Shown here: piece by piece, positions 39,820 through 48,468 of the stretch
How the letters are laid out: the number at the start of each line of letters is the position of its first letter
Numbering within the stretch: the first letter of the stretch is position 1
Origin: a virus
Lineage: Duplodnaviria; Caudoviricetes
Length of the DNA stretch: 64,000 nt
Strand: one strand, 5' to 3'
Virus record (IMG/VR): IMGVR_UViG_2534681837_000002
Location: 13,498-77,497 of that record
Program-made: the position numbers and the translations under genes
The notes under the pieces: generated by a model
Databases searched by the model: none
What the model was told of the DNA's origin: nothing
What the model saw: the letters and a program-made list of their open reading frames with translations, nothing else

Positions 39820-39945
39820 GGGGTATATCTTTATTTCTTCGATTTGCAGCCTCCTATGAGGATGTAGTCTTGTCGAGGTCATCGACATGTCACATCTATC
39901 ATGGAGGCGGCATAAAATTTCTTGGTCCATCACATCGTGCCTACC
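39820..39945 (-). ncRNA. Orphan seventh unit of the RT-associated ncRNA array
   Basis: CTTTA (39829)-N7-GAT, hairpin gcagcctcc/ggaggcggc, and tcttggtccatcacatcgtgc (17/21 identical to the unit-2 flank). Confidence 0.75.
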
Positions 39946-39962
39946 AAACAATAGCTTACTCC

Positions 39963-41057
39963 TTATTTACGCCATTCAGCCATTTTTTTGCTGATATCAA
40001 TATTATTATCAGTCAACATTTTCTTCAGGACTGCCAACAAGCGCCAACCTTCATCGTTTCTATACATCTCTGCTTTTGCTGTAATGAAAGCAAGTGACTG
40101 ATATTTATCAAGGCGGTTATTGGTATCATCAATAGCTTTGCAGTTATGAAACCGGATAAGATTTTGCATCGTGTAATACGCTCCAGCACCCTTGTATGCA
40201 TCAACCCATGTTTTACTTTGAGGAGTGTCGTGTGGCATCTTAAGGCGCATGTCGTTGAACTTTTTTGCTGCGTTATAAAGCTGTGTGACATTACGTGCTT
40301 GCTTGATATGCGCTATTTCTTTATACAACGGATAGTAGATTTTATTCTGTAGGTCTGCCTTGAATATGTTACGACTTTTAATACGCTTGTAAGGCACTCC
40401 CTTACATTTTCTTTCTTTCAAAGCGTCCACATATTTTTTCAATTGTACAATATAATCTTCCGCCATAGCCATGACCACATCGACATTAAACCAACGGTTT
40501 CGATCTACGAAATTTGCAGCATCCTTATCTTCCATTTTCATCTGGGCATATAGCTCGTTCAGCAACATTTTCCACTGATATTCATAGCCTAAGCGGTGAA
40601 TCATGCGTGTTACTCCCAAAGGTTCTTTAGAACGATACGGTTTATAAGTCATCATATAGAACATCTTCGCCATAATCCAGCGCCGGAACAGGCGATTGTT
40701 AGGGACCGTACCTTGTTCAACGATTTGATTAAAAATTGGATCGTCGTCCTCTAGTACTGAAAGTATTCCATTCCTGTTTGAGGCGATATATCCACCCCCA
40801 TTCGCCCCCTCCATGGCAAACATATGACTTACGTCCACCCCGACATTTCGTAGCGCTTCAATACGTTCCTGTACAGTTTTGAACGATTTAAGTGGTTTGA
40901 CTGGTATATTCTGGCCGGCCATAGCCAGATAGATAGATCCCAAATTTGAATCCTCACCAACTACTGTTGCTACAGTGGTAAACTCTTTCTTTCCGATTGC
41001 GAACTCTGCGCCACATTGAGGACACAAAATTTTTGTTTTTCTTTTCTTTTTACTCAT
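39963..41057 (-). CDS. RT-system putative partner protein (364 aa, N-terminal CPQC, basic helical C-terminus)
   Basis: Lies between the array and the orphan unit, co-oriented with the RT. Confidence 0.8.
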   Translation of the reverse strand: MSKKKRKTKILCPQCGAEFAIGKKEFTTVATVVGEDSNLGSIYLAMAGQNIPVKPLKSFKTVQERIEALRNVGVDVSHMFAMEGANGGGYIASNRNGILSVLEDDDPIFNQIVEQGTVPNNRLFRRWIMAKMFYMMTYKPYRSKEPLGVTRMIHRLGYEYQWKMLLNELYAQMKMEDKDAANFVDRNRWFNVDVVMAMAEDYIVQLKKYVDALKERKCKGVPYKRIKSRNIFKADLQNKIYYPLYKEIAHIKQARNVTQLYNAAKKFNDMRLKMPHDTPQSKTWVDAYKGAGAYYTMQNLIRFHNCKAIDDTNNRLDKYQSLAFITAKAEMYRNDEGWRLLAVLKKMLTDNNIDISKKMAEWRK

Positions 41058-41078
41058 CTTGAAATTAATAAATGGTTG

Positions 41079-41540
41079 TTAATTGATATCTGGATCTACC
41101 CATTTCTTAAGTATTACCAAATCTTTGTCCATTTTGCTTTGCCAGAACCACTTGCCCATTTTTTCAGATTCCCATTTAAGACCATTCAGAATCTGACAAA
41201 GGACATATAGTTCCAACTCAAACTGAGCTTTCTCTCGGTGCTCACCAAATAACATAGCATCATCACTCAGCTTCCTTTCGGGCAATGCTCTGAAGTACAA
41301 ACGTGACTTACTCTCACTCCTCTCCGATGGAATAGAATTCTTGTAGCGGTAGTACAACTTTTCAACTTGTGACAGAAATTCATCTGTATCAATGCTTGGA
41401 TCAACACCTAAATTACCCTCAAACTCTCCATCTTGTATGATGTATTTGCCGTTCAGTTTCAGACTTCGACTCTGGAAGTCTATTTTGAATTTTGCACCAT
41501 CTTCAACATTTCGAATCGTCTCCTGATATATATTTTCCAT
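41079..41540 (-). CDS. RT-system putative partner protein (153 aa)
   Basis: First gene downstream of the array. Confidence 0.8.
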   Translation of the reverse strand: MENIYQETIRNVEDGAKFKIDFQSRSLKLNGKYIIQDGEFEGNLGVDPSIDTDEFLSQVEKLYYRYKNSIPSERSESKSRLYFRALPERKLSDDAMLFGEHREKAQFELELYVLCQILNGLKWESEKMGKWFWQSKMDKDLVILKKWVDPDIN

Positions 41541-41574
41541 ATACTCTTATGATTATCAATTATTTGTACTCGAA

Positions 41575-42560
41575 CCACTGACGCATTACTTTATTATTCT
41601 GATTTATACAGCGTAACTAGGTCCTGAGACTTGGGTCAGGACCTAGTATCCTGTATATTGAACCTGGCCCCTTGCACAATACCCGGTTGCGTTACCATTG
41701 AGTCTCATTTAGAAGGCACATTACTTTATTAATTTGATATGTACAGCGTGTGTGCTGGCCTTTAACCTCATATACAGCCGATAGCTGGAGATGAGGTGGT
41801 GGCCGCAATTAAAGGCTGTCCCATTGAAATCCTAATCTTGACCCATCACTTTGTGCTAAGTTTTATGTTTCATAGAAATTGTTATTATTCAGTCTCGTTA
41901 GGCTGGCACATTGCTTTACGAATTTGATATGAGCAGCTATTCTTTACTGGCGGCCACGACAATCAGGAGTCGGTCCCCAGTAACTGTAAAGCTGAACTAT
42001 TAAAATCCTAACCTTGACTTTTTCACTTCGTGGTAAGTTTTTTTCGTGATTCTCAAAATATCGGCACATATCTTTAAACATTTGATGTATGCCGCGGCTC
42101 GAAGCCATAGCGGCGCGTCGGAGTGCTCAGTAGAGAGTTCCGACGCGCAGGGGGGGCTTATTGAGCAGGGCACGCTAAATACTACTCCTTGAATCACGCT
42201 ATTGTGCTAAAAAAAGTTCTCTAAATAACGACACATATCTTTACTTTTTTGATGTCTCCTGCGTATTTCCAGCTCGGAAGAGTCTGAAGGCGGTGAATAA
42301 CACGGCCTTCAAGACTTTGTAGAAGCTGGATTAACCACGCGGGCTCTAAACTCTTATTCCTTGAACTTTATCACTGATGTGTTTCAGTTTAATTATGGAT
42401 GTCAGGCAAGTGACACATTGCTTTAGTTACTTGATATTTACAGGAAAGAACCAGAATCAGGATGGATTCACCGGGTGATTAAACCGGTGAATCAAGTATG
42501 GGTTCTGGTATACTAGATCTGTAAATTAAAATTCCTTGCTCTTCATCATTCGCCGTGTGT
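41575..42560 (-). ncRNA. Array of six structured ncRNA units (conserved flank - variable hairpin - conserved flank)
   Basis: CTTTA-N7-GAT at 41589, 41724, 41914, 42072, 42239, 42421; YCTTG at 41670, 41836, 42012, 42187, 42359, 42534; a different long stem-loop in each unit. Strand inferred from the RT. Confidence 0.85.
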
Positions 42561-42571
42561 TCGGTAGGTTC

Positions 42572-43837
42572 CTATAATGATGCAACCAGCGTGTTATACA
42601 CGGCACGTCTTGTCAATATGGCGTTCTGCATACAGCCAATGGTCAGGTAACCTGGGATGTTGCTGTTAGTCTTGCCGCGGTTGGCTTTCACGTTCCGCCC
42701 CAGGCCCCGGACTATGCAGCCGTCGCTCTTGGTCTTGACATAACCTAAACCACCCACCTTGCGTTTTCCGGTCTCTACGGCTCTCAGACAATCCATTACG
42801 AACTTGTTCAGCTCGTCAAGGTCTTTCCGCACATTGCATACCGGCAGTATTTGAGTAGCCCAACTGAACTCCCCGTTGCCTTTGTAGAGGTAGCGGTTCA
42901 CAGCATTAACGGCTTTTGCCAGTGATACGCCCGGCTTGCCGATTGTACGCTTTTCTATTTCGTTCTGGAATGTCTTGATACGGCTGGAAGATAGCGAGAT
43001 CATACTGCCTTTGATACTGAATCCAAGAAACTTGAACCACTTATCGGTAGTCAGATATTCCACTTTCTTTGGGTTTAGCTTCATAGTTTTCTCTTCCAGC
43101 CGGCTCTGGAGCACGTTCATGGCTTTCTCGTACTCTTCTCCGAGGAACAACATGTCATCCGAATAGCGTGTGTAGAAGCCATTCATTTGCGACAGCTCAT
43201 CATCAAGTTCATACAGCAGCACATCTGCCAGCCAGCTTGCCACGGCGCATCCTTGTTTCAGGGACTGGAATTGACGCTGAAGGTTGTTGTCCTCGTCGAA
43301 GTACAGGTCCGAGTGGTAGTATTTTCGCAACACGTCAATCAGAGTGGAATGACCGTGCTTTGCCTCTACTATGTCAAACGCCTCGTCAATATACTGGAGC
43401 AGTACGCTATCGAAATATTTGCTGAGGTCTGACTTCCAGCCAAAGTATCCGTCTTTTTCAGTAGCTGCCATTTTATTACTTATTTCGGTCACAACCTTGC
43501 CGCATCCGGTCCCTATTTGGTAGGATTTACACGAGACATGAACCATTTCGGGCATCAGATCGAAAAGCAAGTCATTAGCGATGCTTAATATCACCCGGTC
43601 GATAGGTTCGTTCACATAAACCGTGCGAAACTCGCCGTTCTCTTTCGGTATCTGAGCGGTGTGAGGAGGTGAGATTTCATACTTCCCTTTCTGCATGGCA
43701 TCAGCAATCGCTATCCGGGTGTTTTCATCGGTCAGCAATATGAGCTGATCTTTCCGGATGTCTTTGCCAACGCCTTTCTCAATCGCCTTCGTCCATCTGT
43801 CTATCTCAAAAAACTTCTCCAAAATTTTATCTGCCAT
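42572..43837 (-). CDS. Reverse transcriptase, unknown-group type (not intron, DGR or classical retron)
   Basis: FRTVYVNEPIDR, KSDLSKYFDSV, LKQGCAVASWLADV, RYSDD, FKFLGF. Confidence 0.93.
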   Translation of the reverse strand: MADKILEKFFEIDRWTKAIEKGVGKDIRKDQLILLTDENTRIAIADAMQKGKYEISPPHTAQIPKENGEFRTVYVNEPIDRVILSIANDLLFDLMPEMVHVSCKSYQIGTGCGKVVTEISNKMAATEKDGYFGWKSDLSKYFDSVLLQYIDEAFDIVEAKHGHSTLIDVLRKYYHSDLYFDEDNNLQRQFQSLKQGCAVASWLADVLLYELDDELSQMNGFYTRYSDDMLFLGEEYEKAMNVLQSRLEEKTMKLNPKKVEYLTTDKWFKFLGFSIKGSMISLSSSRIKTFQNEIEKRTIGKPGVSLAKAVNAVNRYLYKGNGEFSWATQILPVCNVRKDLDELNKFVMDCLRAVETGKRKVGGLGYVKTKSDGCIVRGLGRNVKANRGKTNSNIPGYLTIGCMQNAILTRRAVYNTLVASL

Positions 43838-44228
43838 ACTTTTCTCTATTATATAACTTATCTATTTTCTCTTGTATGCAGAGAGCCTTTTTTAAACCGA
43901 TTGGACTGAATGTCTGTGCTTCAGTACATCCATCATTACTGTAAGTAAGACAGCAAAATGCCCCATCGGGATACTTAACATGTATGCGAGGCTTTCCCCA
44001 ATGCATATCTAAATAAATTTTACGGGTAAAATAGTCCTCCCCTTCTTGTTCGTCCTCCCATGCCGGAAGAATGTATGTCCGGGACTTTACTTGAGTATCA
44101 GGAAACCCTGCCTTGTTGCCCCAAAACCAATCATTTTTTCCAATGATTACTCTTTCATCAGTCAGGATATAGCCATTATCACGGGCTATTTCATCTGCTA
44201 CAGTAAGCAATATTTCATTTATATTCAT
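43827..44228 (-). CDS. Hypothetical protein translationally coupled to the RT
   Basis: Likely start MNINEI at 44228; its stop overlaps the RT start by 11 nt. Confidence 0.7.
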   Translation of the reverse strand: MNINEILLTVADEIARDNGYILTDERVIIGKNDWFWGNKAGFPDTQVKSRTYILPAWEDEQEGEDYFTRKIYLDMHWGKPRIHVKYPDGAFCCLTYSNDGCTEAQTFSPIGLKKALCIQEKIDKLYNREKYGR

Positions 44229-44817
44229 AAGCAAAGAATTTATCAAAACCTCCATTTTCATTATAAGGAAAATCCCCAGCATAATATTCATACCACATCG
44301 TACCACACTCGGTATGCCGTTTTGTTAACTTATAAATAGCCTTTCCTCTTTTCAGAAACTTGAAACGTGACAAAACCTCAACTTTGTCTATATCCTGAAA
44401 ACAGTCTTTCCAGTTCTGTTCATCCGTACCGGTTCGTAGAGGAACAGTAGCTTGTTTAAGAATCCATTCGCCAAACCCAATACGGGTTATATATTGATTC
44501 TTTTCTATATCCTTCCATGCCGTATCGCAACATTCTTCCAATGTGGGAAAAGAGTTTGGAAATTTAGTACGATCATTCCCGTCACGTAAAATAGCATGCC
44601 CATACTTATCGCAAATGATAAACATGATTCCAGGACTACATTCAAAGTCACGCTCACAGTATCCATAAGGAGCATCGCAGAGCCAGCTCCATTCGTGATT
44701 GCCCGATGTATTACGAGCAACGTATCGGCGGGGACCACCTTTCTTGGGTTTAACCGACCATACCTCCATGCACTGTCCTCTATCAATATGATGTAATTTT
44801 ACTTTCAATACTTTCAT
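44215..44817 (-). CDS. Conserved Bacteroides mobile-element hypothetical protein (200 aa)
   Basis: Long ORF; KVKLHHID.G.C.EVW pattern. Confidence 0.75.
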   Translation of the reverse strand: MKVLKVKLHHIDRGQCMEVWSVKPKKGGPRRYVARNTSGNHEWSWLCDAPYGYCERDFECSPGIMFIICDKYGHAILRDGNDRTKFPNSFPTLEECCDTAWKDIEKNQYITRIGFGEWILKQATVPLRTGTDEQNWKDCFQDIDKVEVLSRFKFLKRGKAIYKLTKRHTECGTMWYEYYAGDFPYNENGGFDKFFAYEYK

Positions 44818-45120
44818 AACTGATATATTTTTAATGATTTTACAATGTTGTTTTCCAAGAGTAGAGATTCATTTTACCCTTACGGTGAGTAAATCCCAAT
44901 CTTTTTTTATTATTTTTCATCTTTCTGCTCAGTTTTTCTAAAAAACACTGGGGCATAGCTCGCCCGTTAAGGCGATTTAAGGGCATAACCCACTAGACCA
45001 CCAGTGCTACAAACTAAGGCAGATACGGCGTCTCACGACGCAATTTTGAGATATAAATAATAGGAATTTGTGGGCATCACCGGGTACAATCCGGACATAG
45101 TTTCAATATTAAAGCCCGTG

Positions 45121-45151
45121 AAAAAAGCGTGAACACTATCGTACTCACGCC
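45121..45151 (-). terminator. Intrinsic terminator
   Basis: A6-gcgtga..tcacgc on plus strand. Confidence 0.65.
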
Positions 45152-45193
45152 TTACTATAAATTAGAAAATATAGTTTTTAAATCAGATGATTA

Positions 45194-45613
45194 TCAGGAC
45201 CATGTTAATGACACACCGCCTATCTGTTCAATCCGGGTAAAGATTTGCTTTACTCTATTCCAGGTATCCTGGCTGTTAAAAGTCTCTTTAGGAAGGTTGT
45301 GCTCAATGATAAGCCGGAGCAACTCTTCATCAGGGCGTGGAATCACAAAAGCGTATTCAAAATTATACACTAATTGCCCGGAATATACTGTGAACTGATA
45401 CTCTGTTATATTCTCCCTTTCCTTGTCGTAAAGATTAACTTTACCCAAGAAGCATTTACCATGCTCCAAATGAAATGCGTGGATAATGGCACGTGAAATG
45501 TCATTGATAGAACTGTCAAATTCACTCGCTCCCCCATTCATTCTATGCCGCATAAAATAAGCAGTCGCCTCTTTTGATAGCTCTTCTAAAGAAAGACTAA
45601 TATATTTGTTCAT
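45194..45613 (-). CDS. Hypothetical protein (139 aa)
   Basis: ORF in operon. Confidence 0.7.
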   Translation of the reverse strand: MNKYISLSLEELSKEATAYFMRHRMNGGASEFDSSINDISRAIIHAFHLEHGKCFLGKVNLYDKERENITEYQFTVYSGQLVYNFEYAFVIPRPDEELLRLIIEHNLPKETFNSQDTWNRVKQIFTRIEQIGGVSLTWS

Positions 45614-45625
45614 ATTCGAATCATT

Positions 45626-45805
45626 TTAAATCCAATGTATAGCTGTGTCTTTTCCTTTCTCATTTGCAAATTTGAGTGCTTTTCCGTAATCCTCAAAAGC
45701 ACCTAAAAAACCGTTGGCGTAATCTTCATCATTAGATTTATACATATCATGTGTGAATACTCCAAACATACCATGATACTTTTCTTTAATTTCTTTTTTG
45801 CTCAT
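45626..45805 (-). CDS. Small hypothetical protein (59 aa, MSKKEIKEKY...)
   Basis: Read by eye; fills the gap. Confidence 0.55.
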   Translation of the reverse strand: MSKKEIKEKYHGMFGVFTHDMYKSNDEDYANGFLGAFEDYGKALKFANEKGKDTAIHWI

Positions 45806-45808
45806 ACC

Positions 45809-45997
45809 TTAATTGTTTTGGTTGAAGTTATAATATTCTTTCACTCGGTATATTGTAGCATCTCCGTCTTTATAGTAAAATCTTGCGGACATTAATTCAT
45901 TTCCTTGCAAATCAGTAATAACTCCATATAAGCATGATTTACACTCTTTAATGACAAGTCTTCTACTTTCATGGATTTTATCAAAAACCACTTTCAT
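45809..45997 (-). CDS. Small hypothetical protein
   Basis: Likely start MKVVFD at 45997. Confidence 0.5.
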   Translation of the reverse strand: MKVVFDKIHESRRLVIKECKSCLYGVITDLQGNELMSARFYYKDGDATIYRVKEYYNFNQNN

Positions 45998-46233
45998 TAC
46001 TATTTTAATTTGAGGGTTATCTATTAAAGAATTTAAGAAGTCTATTAGCCTCTCTTTTATCCCTGCCAACATAAATAACATTGTTTATTTTCCGTTTACG
46101 GATAATGTATGCTGGTCTGTTCATAATCTCAAAGTAGGCAAGCCGATAACTTTCTTTGAGAGAAAAAGACTTGTCGGAAGGCTCTGCCTACGACATATAA
46201 ACTCTCCTTTTTTTGTGTTCCTCTTCTTCATTA

Positions 46234-46641
46234 CTATTTTGTTCCACGCCCATCTAAGACTATTCTCACTCCGTTTACCATGCCCAAATGCCTTAGGTAT
46301 ACTTCATCGGGATAAACATATCTTTTATCACCACCATACATTCTCATTGTGTGAGAACCGTCTATTTGAACACCTGTGTTACCATATCCTGACGGATATT
46401 TTTCACCAATAAACACAAGCCTTTCAATGTGAGTATACGCATCTGACACACAAACAATGTGACACCCATCTGTACGAAGAAGGTGTTCAGATCCCGGCTT
46501 CATCGTTTTCTTACGTTCTTCAAGTTCTGTGACAATATCAACATCATCACCAAATTTACGTCCTTGATAAATTGGCTCTGATAACTCATAATATCTTTGG
46601 GTACAATTAGTTGATACCAATTTTGCTATAATTTCTTTCAT
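46234..46641 (-). CDS. Hypothetical protein (135 aa)
   Basis: ORF in operon. Confidence 0.7.
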   Translation of the reverse strand: MKEIIAKLVSTNCTQRYYELSEPIYQGRKFGDDVDIVTELEERKKTMKPGSEHLLRTDGCHIVCVSDAYTHIERLVFIGEKYPSGYGNTGVQIDGSHTMRMYGGDKRYVYPDEVYLRHLGMVNGVRIVLDGRGTK

Positions 46642-46695
46642 TTTTATTTTTGATTTACTCTATAATACTTCGGTCGGAAGCTCTACGTAAAATCC

Positions 46696-47148
46696 TTAGC
46701 AATTGTTTATAGTTTGCTCAGTTAGCTGTTGCAGTGGAAATTCGATTGTATAAAATTCTTCGTTTGTATGTTTGCCGAATGCCTCATATCTGGCATTTCC
46801 ACCACGGGATATCACGATCTTGTAAAAATCCAAGCTGTTTTCGGGTGGAGTCAGCTCGTCCTGTTCGTCGTCGTCCAGTTCTACAAATACCCACTCTTTG
46901 CCTGCCAGCAACTCTTCCATGTCAGGCTCTTCATCTCCCGATTGGAAGAATTCCACCGAACCGTCATAAAACCTCATTGACTGGAAATTATAATCGTCCT
47001 TGAAAGGTTTGACAGCCTCAAGCCTTTTTGCCTGTAGCTTACTCCAGTCTTCTGACAAATCAATAAGTGCGAACTCGCAGCAATCCCATTCACTGTTCGT
47101 ATTTGCCCTGATTAAAATATGTGCTGTCGGTTTGTCTGATGTTTTCAT
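46696..47148 (-). CDS. Conserved Bacteroides mobile-element protein (ANTNSEWDCC motif)
   Basis: Motif recognition. Confidence 0.75.
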   Translation of the reverse strand: MKTSDKPTAHILIRANTNSEWDCCEFALIDLSEDWSKLQAKRLEAVKPFKDDYNFQSMRFYDGSVEFFQSGDEEPDMEELLAGKEWVFVELDDDEQDELTPPENSLDFYKIVISRGGNARYEAFGKHTNEEFYTIEFPLQQLTEQTINNC

Positions 47149-47506
47149 TATTTTGATTTTAATATGTTAATATTCCCATCCTTTGCATATCTTATTGGCA
47201 TTTAGTAATGTGGAACGCCGTATCCATTTATTTCGGCCTTTCTTAACGTTTCTTCTGAATCTTATAATAGAGTTGTTCCTAATTTTTCTTATGGCTCTAT
47301 GTTGTTATCCACTAATTATTATTGTGTACAGTAATGGATATTCTTTGATTTCACATAGGCTGGAAATAATCCGATTTTCCAGCGCCTTATGTTGTTCTTG
47401 ATAGGTCATAATTCACACCTTTATATTAATCCATATTTTTACCTTAATGCTTAAAAAGGTTACTGAAACAGTTATAAGTTACAGTTGTTGCCACTATTAC
47501 TTATCA

Positions 47507-47788
47507 CTATTGCATAGCTAACCTACATGCACCTATCCAGTTACCTTTTTTATCGTAATTATTCGCAAATAGTTTCTTTTGACAATCCAGGCATATACCC
47601 GAAATGATGGTTTCTCGTTCCGGCACACTTAAGTATGGAAAACAATCTTGAGCCGGTTTATTCATAGCAAACCGTAACAGGTAATCCCCATATCGCACCT
47701 TTACTTCAGTTGTGTTCTTGCACATACTGCACTCACATTTGACGGTATAGTTCCGTTCTTCGGGTATAATTTTTCTAATTTTTTCCAT
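47507..47788 (-). CDS. Small zinc-binding protein (CxCxxC...CxxC)
   Basis: Likely start MEKIRK at 47788; ERETIISGICLDC motif. Confidence 0.65.
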   Translation of the reverse strand: MEKIRKIIPEERNYTVKCECSMCKNTTEVKVRYGDYLLRFAMNKPAQDCFPYLSVPERETIISGICLDCQKKLFANNYDKKGNWIGACRLAMQ

Positions 47789-47789
47789 A

Positions 47790-48047
47790 TTATCGCTTAT
47801 TTTTAATTTTATATAGCATATCTGATACATAACACCATAATAGCACGTAAATTAGAGAGCCAAGTATTCCTATATAAAGCATGAGCACCACATGTGAAAA
47901 AATCCCAATCATATACATGACAAGGAATAGCATTACACCAATATAAAGTATTATTTCATGCAGTTTAATAAGAACACTCAAGTTCTTTTGGACTTGTCGC
48001 TTAAAATAGCTTAGGATTGTAATCCGACTGATTTTTCTATTTCTCAT
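47790..48047 (-). CDS. Small two-TM membrane protein
   Basis: Two hydrophobic stretches; first gene after the promoter at 48085. Confidence 0.5.
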   Translation of the reverse strand: MRNRKISRITILSYFKRQVQKNLSVLIKLHEIILYIGVMLFLVMYMIGIFSHVVLMLYIGILGSLIYVLLWCYVSDMLYKIKNKR

Positions 48048-48084
48048 AACTTATCTATTTTATTGTTTAATATTCCGATAGTTA

Positions 48085-48092
48085 CAAATTTA
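48085..48092 (-). promoter_or_regulatory. -7 promoter box heading the minus-strand accessory block
   Basis: TAAATTTG on minus strand. Confidence 0.6.
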
Positions 48093-48468
48093 CAACATCA
48101 CTCTTCACCTCCCTATTAAATAGGATAACAGCGGGATGCAGATTGTACAGCTAAGTACAATTTAAACAGTCCTACTGCACTGCATCAACCGTGTTATGTC
48201 GGGGGATGGGAACGGCGTTTCACAACGCAAAGAAGTTTGTAGAAGTTAAATTTGTAGAGTAAACTGCCTGGGGTTCAAACCCAGCAAAGTGTATATTACA
48301 GTTCAAAAAGGCTTTTGAGAAAACGGCGCGAACCCAGTGATTCGCGCCGGAAAAAATCTTTGTGTATCGCGTTTCATTTTTGCGTGTGTTACAAAAAAAG
48401 AAAAGGATTGCGTTTTGGTAAAAAAGACAATAAGGAATTTTCGCAAAACAGGGCACACTGATAACGTG

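Noticed and set aside
41561-41580. GGTTCGAGT T-loop-like sequence at the distal end of the array
   Set aside because: No convincing closing stem, so not counted as a T-loop hairpin.
42000-42197. 65-aa ORF inside the array
   Set aside because: Crosses unit boundaries, no coding hallmarks; better explained as structured RNA.
41575-42560. CRISPR array
   Set aside because: Repeats are degenerate and bipartite, the intervening parts are self-complementary with variable length (period 135-190 nt), and there are no cas genes.
41575-43837. DGR (RT plus template repeat)
   Set aside because: No ~100-bp TR/VR pair differing at adenines was seen, no Avd-like gene, and the RT lacks DGR motifs. The units share only short flanks.
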